Below, in pieces: positions 25,923-58,621 of a stretch of DNA of 64,000 nt. The stretch's first letter is position 1. Each line of letters opens with the position of its first letter. The translations under genes and the position numbers were made by a program. The stretch covers positions 186,001-250,000 of the forward strand of contig JAQGDQ010000298.1 of the NCBI GenBank assembly GCA_030141605.1, given 5' to 3'. The notes beneath the pieces were generated by a model. That model was not told where the DNA came from, searched no databases, and saw nothing but the letters and a program-made list of their open reading frames with translations. The stretch comes from Tubiluchus corallicola. Taxonomy: Eukaryota; Animalia; Priapulida.

Positions 25923-28900
25923 AAAACTCAAGAAATTTTGAATTTAAAGGGGCACAAACCCTCTCTCTGCTAGTATTGCTGTCTATGCTGCAAGTATAGC
26001 TCAGTGGTACTAGAGATCAGAGATGTTACCGAATACGAAATTACAAAACGAAACCTAAACCGAAATTTGTTGAAAGACAGGAAACAGAAACCGAGATCAA
26101 ACCGAACCAAAATCATTTTTGCAAAACGGACTACTACCGAAACTGAAATAAATAAAATACTTTGTTTTTACTTGTTTGATGATGTAGCTAAAGAATCTTA
26201 ATCAAAAAAAGTAGAACAATGTTTATGGTTAAATATCATGATGCTTCAAAACAATTGGCAAATTATAATTGTAAATATTTTGTTGCTTATATTTTATTCA
26301 AATTATGCTTTAATATTTCGGTTGATTGAGCCTGAAAACGTTAAAGCTTCACAGTTGTCAGCATTGAAGATATGCCATATTGCTGTAAAAAGCATGCTAC
26401 AAATGTTGCAAAAAGTTAAATAAACAAATTCATGCTTTATTTAAACTATTTTAGCCAAACTTCACAGTCGTTGGCACTGAAGATATGCCATATTGCCGTA
26501 AAAAGCATGCTACAAATGTTGCAAAAAGTTAAATAAACAAATTCATGCTTTATTTAAACTATTTTAGCCAAACTTCACAGTCGTTGGCACTGAAGATATG
26601 CCATATTGCCGTAAAAAGCATGCTACAAATGTTGCAAAAAGTTAAATAAACAAATTCATGCTTTATTTAAACTATTTTAGCCAAGCTTCACAGTCGTCAG
26701 CACTGAAGATATGCCGTATTGCCGTAAAAAGCATGCTACAAATGTTGCAAAAAGTTAAATAAACAAATTTATGCTTTATTTAAACTATTTTAGCCAAAAT
26801 TTTTCAGCGAATTTTAACACCTATGAGAAAAATAGGTAATCTGGATAAATATGGCTAAAATTTTGGAAAAATGTTACCGAAAATTACCGAATTAATAATT
26901 AATAATTTTCGACGAAAGCGAAACTGTACCAAAAGAGCTATTATCGGCAAACCGTAAAAGAAATTTTCGTTTCGGTAACATTCCTGCTGAAGATATAAAG
27001 CAAACATTTGGACACCATGTTTACCGTTAACACTTTGTTTGGGTGGGATGCAAAAACTGAAATATGGCACAAGAATATACTAATAGTGTACTCACTGCTC
27101 TCGCTCCTTCCGATGTCGGAAGTTCCCCACACTTCTTATTCATGTAACGTAAAATTTCTGCCTGCAAAGATAAGTCATATGAGTAGCAATTCCAGCATAC
27201 CAGACAGTTAACAATGAAAATTTAGTACAGTGTTCCCTCACTTATCGCTGGTGTTCCGTTCCAAGCCCACCAGCGATAAGTGAATTTCCGCGAAGTAGGG
27301 ACGCTATACTTATATTAGTAGTTATACATTATTTTAAGTCTTTATAAACCCTCCCCACACTCTTATACATAACCGTTTCCCATTCTCTTAATAACTTTTC
27401 CCATAGAGTGCATGTACCTTTTAAACAAACTTCACTTAAATGTTCATGAAATTGTTTTAAACTCTTAAACCTGTTGTGTATAATCTCACGTCGGCAAGTA
27501 GCATCTCAAGCAGGCACAATTACTACATTTCGTTTTTGGTGTGTATTCATCCGCCAAATAAATACACTATTTAGTGTAAATGGTAAATTTTTTATGATTT
27601 ATAATATTCTTTTAATGTTAGAATTAATATTTTTAATATATTTTTATACATTTTGTGATTTTTTATGCAAAATTCATCAAATCTATACTGTACAATACGT
27701 ACTACGCATGTGCAAAAATACTTGTGACGTGTTCTTATCTGTGGTTTATATTTTAATGTTTGTGCTCTCTAAGGTTTCCCCTCACTGTTTTTAGCGGGCA
27801 AGCCACAAGGCGTTACATTCTCTAGACTTATCATGGCAGCAGTCTTTGTGAATAAACAGATTAATAAGCAAGAAAGATTTATGTTAAATGTTCTATAAAG
27901 ATTCTAACAATGTTACTAATGTTGCCAAGACGTTACAAGACGGAGTATCTCAAAAACCCACGAAACAGGGAAAATACTGCGATAAATATTTTACATTAAT
28001 ATTTTTGGAAATCCGCGAAACAGCGAGTCCGTGATAACGAACCGAGAAGTAGCGAGGCAACACTGTATATAATTTGTGCAATCATCAGAAAATAGTATGA
28101 CACCAATAGGCCAGCCACAAAAAATTGTTTCTGTCTTCCATCATGTCCTCAAAAGATGTCAGTAGGAAGGGAGGAAAAAAATTTATTTAAGAAAAAATAT
28201 ATTATATAAAATTATAAGAAATTTTTTTTAAACTTTGTGAATGTTTAAAGCTGAATCATGGCATACTTAAAATCAGTTGAAATCAAAGTTCGTTTATTTC
28301 CCACTGGTTAGCAGCAATGTTTCAAAACTTTTCAAAGCACATTTTCTCATGCTCTGTGTTTCAGTGTTTTGTTTCAAATTATCGCATAATTGTTTGTGTT
28401 TTACAATTTAAATTAAAGAAATAAGCTTTAATATGAATGCGCCAGATAAAAACATTCAAATAAAATATAAAATTCCCGGTCATCGATAAAAAAAATATTA
28501 CCCAGAAACAGAGATATTTTTATTGTGGGCCTTAATGATAGCAGCTAATATTACAACCTGACGTTACACGTATTCATAAAATTTGCTGTTAGACCTAAAT
28601 ACCAAGTTTTCTGATAGGCTTACTTATCACATATAATCAAACTCAGATCTTCCGTTCACTCAGTTAATAAGATCTAATAAAACATGAACAAATGATTAAT
28701 AGCTTAAGTAAAGCAACATTTGTGTTTTGACTATAATAACATAGATTTCAAAATTCAAACATTCTAAAATAAAAATACATGTTTGCAAAGCAAACAAAGC
28801 TTTATGATAGCAGCAGTGTCTATTCCTGTGTGAATACAAACGGAGACGTAGCTTCTGCTAACTTTATTAACATTGCCGAGATTTGGCGTGATACGGAATA

Positions 28901-31900
28901 AGTATTAGTGTTCACAGGTACTACAAAGCTCAACTGTAATAAAGCTACGGATATCTAAAGCAGTAAAACTTTGTATCCATGCCCGTTGCATAAAAACAAA
29001 AAGGCAAACGCTTATCATTTGCTGTACGTGAAGTTCATGTTTGCTACAAGTCAAGGACATAGCATGCAGAAAATAACAAAACACACTAATTACCACTGCC
29101 ACAAAGTTCGAGATGTTTGTTTGATTAGTTATACATAGTAAATTAGATATGGCTTGTCAGAGCAGTGCAAAAGATCAAAATATGCACGACACATATTCAT
29201 TTAGAGGCTAGAAACTAACAGAAAAGTGCAAAACAAAGAACATGGTTAATTAAAGGAAGACCGGACGATTGTTTAGACTCAATCTCATTTTAATTCACTG
29301 TCCAAAATATACATTTTCTTGCCTATAAGAGTTAACAATTGTTTCTTATATTTGAATAATTAGCTTAGAAAGTTAATTAACGGCAGCCGAGCTATTGCTT
29401 ACGTCAGAAACTAACCACAGTTTGTGCAATGGCAGGCATCTTCTCTTGTGTGTCAAGCACGTGTGCGTAAGTGTTACAGTAATGTTTAAATGCATGCTGT
29501 CATGAAAATGAGCTCTACGTCATATGACGTAAGAAACTAACACTGCAGTTCATGATCATGGTTATCACGGTACCGTCTTCTATTTATCGGCCACGCGAAC
29601 GTGACAAAAAGGCACCGCTGCCAATCTTAGTAGATTCACTGAGCCGCGCATAGCTTTGAAAGTTTAACGAAATTCGAGTATCCGAGGTAATTATTATTTA
29701 ATCTAAGCATTGATTTAAAAAAGCTATTGTAGTTTTCAATATTTTAGAGCATTTTTTATTCTGAACTCATGTTTACACAATCATCCGATTTTCCTTTAAT
29801 CAAAACAAATAAATAAGATAGTTAGCAAGAATTAGTAAGCACAAGTGCTGATACCTGGGTGCGATCCCCGGTTAATAGCTCATTCACTCCTCTTACCATA
29901 AACATGCAGTAGCTGCAGATGCGATAGTCAGACTGCGAGGGCTGTGCAAGAGCAGAACAAAACAACACGATAAATAAACAAAAGTGAAAATGAACAAGCT
30001 GATCCGTGGTGCATTTACCACGGCATGCACACGTATAATAAAATTGATACCTTAGTGGCGTCAGCACTCATCATTTCGTCAACGTCGTTTAAGAAAGTCT
30101 TACACAGAACACAGTTTGTGTCGGGCTAGAAAGCAAGCAAGACACGGGTGAGCTGTGTTTAGATAACGTTGGGATAATTTTTCAAACTTTATTCAAACCC
30201 CAAAGCCAAATGACTTTGTTAAACAAATTAAACAGTCAGTTTGTACTCAGTGGGGCAAGAACAAATATATACTTAAGTTAGCCTTGCAATGACTCAAGAT
30301 GAGTTTAACAACTAATAGACATGGTCACAAGATTCGAAAAGATCTTCCCATTCCCTCTCATCCCCTCTGTGACCAGAAATAACACCAGAAGCGAGTTACG
30401 AATTGCGACAACCTCTGTTGCTGAAACTTATGACCTAAAAAAGCATGTTAGGCCTATTTTTTATAATTAAATGTGTTGTGTCATTCCCTATTTCACAATA
30501 CACGCTTGGTTTATTCATACCTTCCACTTGTCTTTGCAAAAGTAGACTCGTTTAACACATATTGCTTAAATCATACATTATTATACAAATCATGAAATTC
30601 TAAATCCTTTTTCTGTAACAGAACTTACGAACATGAGTTCCTAAATCTTGACACTTAATTTAATGTCAACATGATTTTATCAGTAAGACACTGTAATCTA
30701 AAAAGCTTGTAATCATACATCATACACATATTTAGTTTTACAAAAATTTCAACAGCTCGGAATATTGCATGGACAAGCCAACTCGTAGAAAGACAGGCAA
30801 ACTATTTAATCCACAGACGGGCTAATACAGGCGCTTGCAACTCTAAGTTTGATATCAGATAGGTTTATTGTAAAAACTTGTAAACTAGAATTTAATCATT
30901 TATCTAAAAATATATTACAATCGTACAAACTGCTTAAATAAAAGTCTTTAAGTTCTCACCTGCTTATTTGATGTGAAGTAACTCATGAAACCAGCAGCTG
31001 GTTTTTGAAGAAGCCAAACTCTGTCTGTGCAATGTTTGACTGCCCCGCATTGTCTAGCTGTGAACAGGTTCTGACACCAGTATGTTGGTCCACTTGAACA
31101 GTCGTCTTCAGAACTCCATGCTCTCGCTAAAATGATTTTACAAGATTAAATAATTATTCTAATTCCCGCTTTGTCAGGCAAAAATGCAAAAAATACAAAA
31201 ACCAAATTCCAACAAAAACAATACAAGAACCAAATTCCAACAAGACTACGTGCAAAAAATCTGGACAAACTACCATTTGAATACCTACAGCTTTTAGTAA
31301 ATAATTGGCTGCTAGGTTGTCAATAGTTCTGACCTAGTACAGACTTAAATTCTCACATTTTAGGAATCAAAACCAACTTCATTACCTGACTTCTCCAATC
31401 TCTTTTCATAGAGCGAGACTGATATCAGGAATCACTCTGAACATGAAAAAGGTTCCCAACATATTAAATAAAGGAAATATACATGAAGCCAGAGCACATC
31501 AAGATTAAATTAAACAACATTTCATAATATTCAACATTCTCACAAAAGTTGAGGTAAATAACTGTAGTTTGCAGTTTAGATGATTCCTACAGATTAAGGA
31601 AAATGCACCAGGTATTAAAAATTTATATGTTGAGGTTTTTGGGGTAGCAAAAAGTAACACAACATTACATGTAACATATACACACACAGTGTATGGGGTG
31701 ACACACACAATTTTGAATGTATAATTGTTGATAAGTGCTTCCACATTTGGTTTAGACGTCTAACAAACAGTTTGGTTTCAAGCATTTTATTTTCGCTGAA
31801 TAACAATTTGGTTTTGAGTAGTCTTATACTAGTACAACACTGAAAAGTTAGTACACTTAAAAAACTTAAAACACGACATACATACAATTCATTCTTGTCT

Positions 31901-32149
31901 TTTCAAAATTGGCTATCTTGCAGAAACATCAAACATGTGTTGTTTTGCTTATTCTATAATATTCATAGCTCATGCTTCTTGCTTTGCAAACCGATGACCA
32001 CTCTGGTAATAAGCTCAAGGTGCAAAATATAAACTAAAAGAGGACGCAAGAAACAACAAAAAACTAGCTAACTGCAACTAAAATAAAAGCAAAGGAATGG
32101 GCTTACCTATTAATAAAAGTGATAACGCTGTAAATACAAGAAATTTCAT
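9342..32149 (-). CDS. PSAP: Prosaposin, about 629 aa, 17 coding exons; signal peptide, SapA, five SapB domains, SapA
   Basis: Exons (minus): 32149-32107, 31126-30960, 29941-29855, 27161-27096, 25679-25620, 23203-23051, 21406-21308, 19963-19841, 19198-19130, 17930-17715, 16626-16483, 15627-15547, 13335-13155, 12715-12597, 11911-11795, 10175-10050, 9380-9342. All introns are GT-AG, phases are consistent, and the total is 1890 nt. The protein starts MKFLVFTALSLLLIARAW...CSSGPTYWCQNLFTARQCGAVKHC, contains five CxxC...C...C...PxxVCxxxxxC units, and ends LLGEEKCTYGPAYWCASRANADECN/AVEHCKRHVWKN*, nearly identical to the vertebrate PSAP C-terminus. Confidence 0.95.
9781..10014 (+). mobile_element. 5'-truncated RTE-clade LINE in the last PSAP intron
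   Basis: Translates to RWYGHLKRR...GNRRRGRPKLR*...NRNAWRRLIHNGNPA*, the typical RTE C-terminus, with a (GAA)n tail. An approximately 16-bp TSD flanks it: agtatagagcaatata (9765-9780) and agtatagagtaaaata (10015-10030). Confidence 0.85.
10615..11069. repeat. Minisatellite, 31-bp unit, about 14.5 copies
   Basis: Unit gtaggcaggaagtagatccttgggaaaatgg. It is the source of three overlapping repetitive ORFs. Confidence 0.95.
14668..15148. mobile_element. Degenerate hAT-like MITE
   Basis: Clusters of ccggata/tatccgg/cggatacgaata subterminal motifs at both ends. Termini are decayed. Confidence 0.4.
15896..16373. mobile_element. hAT-like MITE
   Basis: Termini agggttacca...tgggaaccctg, internal ttccctgac/ttccttgac repeats, and a TSD-like cactca on both flanks. 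Confidence 0.55.
17437..17530. repeat. (GTATT)n/(GTATC)n pentanucleotide microsatellite
   Basis: Directly visible. Confidence 0.95.
19321..19678. mobile_element. PIF/Harbinger-like MITE
   Basis: Inverted ends ggtccttgtcacacag...ctgtgtgacaatggcc, plus an internal inverted pair, cataatccatgg and ccatggattatg. Confidence 0.5.
20056..20999. mobile_element. Tc1/pogo (Tigger-like) MITE containing a 25-bp minisatellite
   Basis: TIRs CAGTGATACCCCGAAATATGAA and TTCGTAAGTCGAGGATCCACTG, with TA on the left flank. Confidence 0.7.
20385..20858. repeat. Minisatellite, 25-bp unit, about 19 near-identical copies
   Basis: Unit agcacaacaaagcgttcacgtgttg. Most units contain CACGTG. Confidence 0.95.
21530..22115 (+). 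mobile_element. Degenerate LINE 3' end with AATAAA and (TAT)n tail
   Basis: A remnant near 21790-21870 reads RYNVRN...KIKTE*YKKSF, and the segment ends aataaactattattattatt. The 5' boundary is approximate. Confidence 0.5.
22331..23031. mobile_element. Tigger/pogo-like MITE
   Basis: TIRs CAGGTAATCGTCGAGTTACGACC and GGTCGTAAGTCGACGACTACC. It ends about 20 bp from a PSAP splice donor. Confidence 0.65.
23735..24244. mobile_element. Putative MITE
   Basis: Inverted termini gggtcattcc...gaaatgaccc only. Confidence 0.35.
24412..25488. repeat. Minisatellite, 46-bp unit, about 23 copies
   Basis: Unit ccatttacaatgttagtagtgtacttaggctgttcatagtcacgtg. The central copies carry many 1-3 bp deletions. Confidence 0.95.
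26018..26986. mobile_element. hAT MITE containing four tandem 113-bp repeats (26348-26798)
   Basis: TIRs CAGAGATGTTACCGAA and TTCGGTAACATTCCTG, an 8-bp TSD-like pair ctagagat/ctgaagat, and subterminal accgaa repeats. Confidence 0.75.
27228..28065. mobile_element. Tigger/pogo-like MITE
   Basis: TIRs CAGTGTTCCCTC and GAGGCAACACTG, with a TA TSD on both sides. Confidence 0.75.
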
Positions 32150-32299
32150 ATTGCAGGTTTGTAAACAAATTCCTTTCAGCAAAATTGCATGAAATGCCCG
32201 ACGACAAGTCAAGCAGCTACTTTACACAAGTACTTCAGTGCAGCACAACCAATAATAAAGTTTGGAAAAATTGCCGAAGTAAGAAAGAATGACGTTCAG

Positions 32300-32380
32300 C
32301 TTGATCTCGTGACTGCGCCGGAAGTTGACTTTATGCAAAACTAACAGGAAATTAAGCGCAGCGCCATCAAGTGGCCAAAA
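32300..32380 (-). promoter_or_regulatory. Probable PSAP proximal promoter: CLEAR-like E-box, ETS site, CTCF-like site
   Basis: About 150-230 bp upstream of the ATG are GTCACGAG (minus, 32305-32312), CCGGAAGT (32318-32325) and TGGCCACTTGATGGCGC (minus, about 32361-32377). These are motif matches only. Confidence 0.45.
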
Positions 32381-32599
32381 TAAACATCTTCTAACCGAAA
32401 TTTATTGCCTTCAAATATTTACTTTCAAAGTTCAAACACGGTTTACGTACATACTATTTAACGTGCCTCATGTTTCGTCTTTAATTCTTCGGTTCTTGCA
32501 ATTTTTCCAATTTCTTTTGTGCTGGCTGCACATGCAGCAAAAATGCCAAATCAATGGACAATAGTTGAAATTAGAAGATACGAAAACGTGGAAAATACC

Positions 32600-33870
32600 C
32601 ATTTTACAGTTCACACTTAGTAAATTTGACAGTCACTTTAAAACATTAATTTGTCCAGAAGGCTGCAAAGGTTTGAAATGTGTTTCTTAAAATCGAAATC
32701 AAAATCAGTGTTAACATCTACGACTTTGACTGAATTTGCACAGTCAATTCTTATAATTGTTTTGTGCAGTTAATGACTTTGTTTATTGTGTGTCTTTACA
32801 CCAAAATCCCGGAATTTCCTAGGAGTTGCTTCAAAGCCATTGCAATAATCTTGGATGGTATCCACAAAGATTATGAATGAGATTTTCAAAATTTTCGGGT
32901 ATACAAGACAGAGAGTCTTGAATATAGTTCACAATCGGTCACACAGTTAGAAATGCCATCTACAAAGACATTAAACAATAAAGGACCCAACATTGAATCC
33001 TGTAGAACACCGTCTATACGCCCCCTGTTCACAAGATCAGTCAGATGAGCAAGTGAAGCAACTACCAATTAAGCTAACGGTTTTATGTGAGACGGCATAA
33101 ATCTTTAATTTGTGTAATAGTAATGAGTAGGACACAGTCAAAAGCATTTGACAAATCAATTTATTATTTTGAAGCACAAAATTTCTTTTCATCCAAAGTT
33201 TTTTTTACAAAATGCAATTAAGTTTACTGGTGCTATTTTTCATTTCGAAACCATCCAGAGATGCGTGAAAAATATCATTAAGATATTCATCTAAAGAGTC
33301 GTTTGATACTCGCTCAAAACTCACTAAACGCTGTAGTTACTTTTGTCGAGAGGACAATTTTTCTTGCGCAGTGGTATTATTGTCACCTGCTTAAACCTGT
33401 TAGGGAACTCTTTGTGAGCATGAAGCTTACCCAGTTATAGCGAGTTAGTTTGCAAAAGCTACTTTTAAATAACTTAGCTGATATACCGTCAAATCCAATA
33501 GCTTTCCTTATTTGTAGTAATTAATTGTTTCTCTTTCAGCAAAAAGGTTAAAATTAAAATTCCCTTTCTTTTAACAGTAAAAATGAAAATATTTAAGACA
33601 GACCAATCAATATCTAGGCCATTTCCAAAGGATTTAGTAACATTTAGAAAATAATCATTTAAAATGTTGTAGTTCCTTATGTATGTTAATAACTATGATG
33701 TCATTTTTTGCAATGCGATAAGGTCCGAACTTTTGATTTGCCTGACAAAAAAGGCTTGATTGATCGTGGGCCAATTTTTTTTTGAGATTTATTTACTGTC
33801 AAAAAAGTTTTACGGATTTTTTTCTTAGCAAACTAAGATTTTAGTAGGCAAGTACAGAGATTTCGCTGCT
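32600..33870 (-). mobile_element. Decayed CR1/L2-like LINE reverse transcriptase fragment
   Basis: Minus-strand remnants KAIGFDGISAKLFK (about 33500), IDLSNAFDCV (about 33150) and GVLQDSMLGPLLFNVFVD (about 33000) are RT motifs in the correct order, interrupted by stops and frameshifts. Confidence 0.8.
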
Positions 33871-35938
33871 TGCGTTAATTATTTATTATTAGTTTTTATT
33901 TTTAGTTTATTTCATTCATTTAAAAGTACATATACTCTGCAGCTTATATGATATAATTATCAGTAGTACAGTTTCGTGCACGGTCATGCAATTTCTAAAA
34001 AAATTATAGTTAAAATAATTTTAATAATATATATCAACTTCCTGTAACTACCTTTTGCTATTTTTTTATATAGACATACATACAAACACGTGTTTTTGTT
34101 TTTTCTTTTATTAATAAACAACAAAACAAGATGTGTTTAATTATTATAGCAACAACACAGTGATTAAATTGAATACAGATTATATCTGAACTATGAAGGA
34201 GCAACTATTATTAATACGTAGTAATTACAATTAATTATATATTGGTAAAGATTTGCAACATAATATTTGTTAATAACATAAATTTAAATAATAACTGGCT
34301 TAATAGAATTTAACTAAAATAGATTTGAACATACTCAAAACAAAGCAGGAACCCATGAGAAAGATGAAAGAAAAGTGCAAAGTTAGTTGAGAGTTGGGCT
34401 TTTTTCCCCAAGTCATTGTACTGAATTAATGACACCAACCATTGATGCAATTCTATGATTATAATTCCGCATAATCTACTGTGTATAGATGATTAACGAT
34501 ACCTAACTAAGCAAATTATGATTTAGTCATTCCCACTCATTGACGTAACATAGATACGCTTTAACGAAAGCTATGAAAATTACGATAAGTGGTATGCGGC
34601 ATACATATAGCTAAGATTACGTTTATATAATTTTATTATATATACTCCATGAAGGCTACACTGCAGCTCTGAGCTTTAGCTTTTGTACATTTTGCAACTA
34701 GAATTGTGTGGATAACACGAGTTGTAATGATAATGCAATACAAGTAAAGTAACAAATACCATATAATCCTAGACAATAATGACGTATGTACATCACAGCT
34801 ATGGCTATAGAAGAAAAATATTCAGTAAGTTTACCAGTACTACAGAAATTCGTGATGGTCTATATGAAATTTTAATATATAGCACAAACAATCCGCACCT
34901 TCTGAAACAGTGCAGAAAGTTTGTGAAGTAGGCAACATTGTTACTTTATTAATAAACAAACGTATCTACAAACAATAACCCTAAGCGTTATATGATTAAT
35001 ATTATGTTATTGATATAGTTTATAATGAATTTAAATAACAAGGCAAGATAGCTAACAATAACAATGAACGCGTGCAGTCCAGTTATCCATATAATCATAC
35101 CATTTTTACAGAAAATAACATTATTTTAATGTTAAAAACTTAAATTGCGAATATGGAGTTAGTCTTGCTAGAGAATGTAATGTCCGAACGCAGCAGATAA
35201 GTTACGTGTAAGATAAGACACGCAGCAGTCACGTGTAAGTTGAAAGTGTTGTGCTAGTAAAATTTAGGGTTGTAGCAAGTTTGCTAGCAGGTTATAAGAA
35301 CAATGAAAGCTGTTCACAAAGGTAATTTTACACCACTGATGACAAATGGATGTCCAACAGGAAAACAACTTCAAAATTGTAAATTTGACTATAAAATGAT
35401 TATATCCAGCTGGTCGCGTGTGCCTATATAATTGCGATTGATTTGATACGTTGTACATGTAATTTTCTCTGATTACTTACAAGAAATGTGGCGGTATTTG
35501 CTCACCATGTAAACCATTCTGGCGAGATTTCTCTTCGTCAATGGATGAATCGAACAAACCACACTGGCACCACTGTAACACGTGTTGTGTTATTGTCACT
35601 GCTGAACGTATCGTTAAAGGTTAACGCATTTGCTTAAACTAGAAATGCCTGAGAATCAAATTCGAAATTCAGTATTTTGACAGCTCAAAAAGAACTCATA
35701 AAAGTGATTTTTTAATTTATGTTCTTCAAACCCTATGGCATCTAAGAATTTGTCAGCAACTTGTTAACTTTTATGAATGCAGAGCCTGTAAATAACACTG
35801 TATAACAATTCAAGGTACAGATTAATTTCTAGAGTACCACTAGTTTACTATGAAGTTTACTATGCAACAATAGATTCAGAAAATTGTTTTTGTTCTCAGA
35901 ATACTGTCAGTTTTAGTTATCAAGTAATAAAGCAATGC

Positions 35939-56802
<20,864 letters not shown>

Positions 56803-57989
56803 CTGAAAAAGGAAACAAATTCCATTGGACGTCAAACAAAAACGATTTTCATTTAGCCAATGATTTATTTGATCTGAATACTAAAACCAAGAAGTATAAA
56901 ACAAGAATTTTTTCATGCAATCTACAAATGTTTTTGGTAAAATTGCTCGTGAGGAGATTTGAGTTGCTGTTGTTGCTATGGAAACGGTGAAAAACTGGTT
57001 CGTCAGTCAAGACGTTAAACTGCGGTCCTTAATAAATTAAAAAAATAGTCAGTTGAAACTAAGTAACATTTTGGTGGCCCTAGGCTAATTAAATTTTGGG
57101 ACCCCTCAGACGGAGCCACCCTCGCCTGCACCCGTCTTGAACATTTTTTACTCGTGACATATATTAGCGATATTTACGTACCTTGAAGTAAACGTATCGC
57201 GAAATTCATTAAATAAACTAGAATAGCCATTTCTTGTTTTTCAACAAAATAAATTTTTACAAACGCCACTATTTCACTATCTATTGCAAACCAAATTAGC
57301 ACATATTTCAGCACCGCAGTGAAAAAAACAGATTTTTACCAAATGTTACGAAAGCTTGAGGTCTCCCAAATTCAAGGGGCAGCCTATACTAGCCTATTGG
57401 ATAATCTAACTCTGATGATATGTTCTTTGGTATTGAAAACTACACAAATTTCTGTGAATAAAATTATCGTGGTGAATTGGATATGGATTGAGAGTGCTTT
57501 TCTCGCACAGAAACATGCAAATTTCTGCTGAACTTCCTGTTTTCACACTGTTATGATGACTAAACTGAACGATTAGCTGCCTAATTTTGCTGTTACCCAA
57601 TTCAGAAAATTCCCGTGGGAATTCCTAAACAATACTTGATATCGAGGCGACGTAAAAAGTATAAGGGTTTTCTCCTTTCGGCCATATGATCGATTGGCCA
57701 TATTAACTCACGCCAATCAATCAAATGACGAATGACTTATCCCATGGTATCCAGTAAAATACGTCACAGAGCAGCTGATGCTTAACTTTAGACGCACACT
57801 TTTTTAGAGTGTTCCTATTTTACTTACTTACTAATCTATTTGTTTATTTCATTCATTCCCAATAGTAAAATACAGTCTGTAATAAAAATAATATATGTAG
57901 AACACGTTGGCAAAAAATGCACACAAATACAATACAGTGTATTTACAAGAGTGTGGTAAAGACACAAAGAGATTAACTGCTTACACGCG

Positions 57990-58210
57990 TCTATTGTGTA
58001 CAATGTATTTATGCAAGTTAACTTTATACAAGCGGCTTTTAAATAACTTAATATTTTGCGCAGTTACGAGGCGTGCACCATCAACATACGCAGGCAGTGG
58101 GTTCCAAATCTGTACAACTCGACTTGAGAAAAATTGACCAAATGATACTTTAGCAGTTCGACGCACGAAAAGCTTCAGAGAATGATTTTGTCTTGTTCTA
58201 TTGCAGGATT
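57990..58210 (-). mobile_element. CR1-like LINE 3' fragment
   Basis: FFSSRVVQIWNPLPAYV...IKLFKSRL matches the FFSxRVxxxWNxLP...FKxxL terminus of CR1 ORF2. Confidence 0.7.
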
Positions 58211-58482
58211 TGTCAAAATGACTAGTTCATTGGTGTTAGGCCAATTTGCTGTTGGATTATCCATCAATACGTCAAGCAATAGGTCAATGAATTGCAGAAG
58301 CAGACTATTAATTAACGGCGCCTACATTAATTATTAATAAATGCTCTCCCGGGAGCAGCTAACCGACTGATGTTGCTTGTGTATACATAACCAATAGCAA
58401 GGTTTGATCACTGCACTGCATTATTTACGGCCAATAAATCTTCTTCTTGAGTTAAACACACTAGCGTTTCCTACTTCAGGTA

Positions 58483-58621
<139 letters not shown>

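Noticed and set aside
57178-57230. Candidate upstream SPOCK exon (MAILVYLMNF... or LFNEFRD...)
   Set aside because: The strongest donor gives the wrong phase for the next exon and the peptide is not a convincing signal sequence. Left unassigned.
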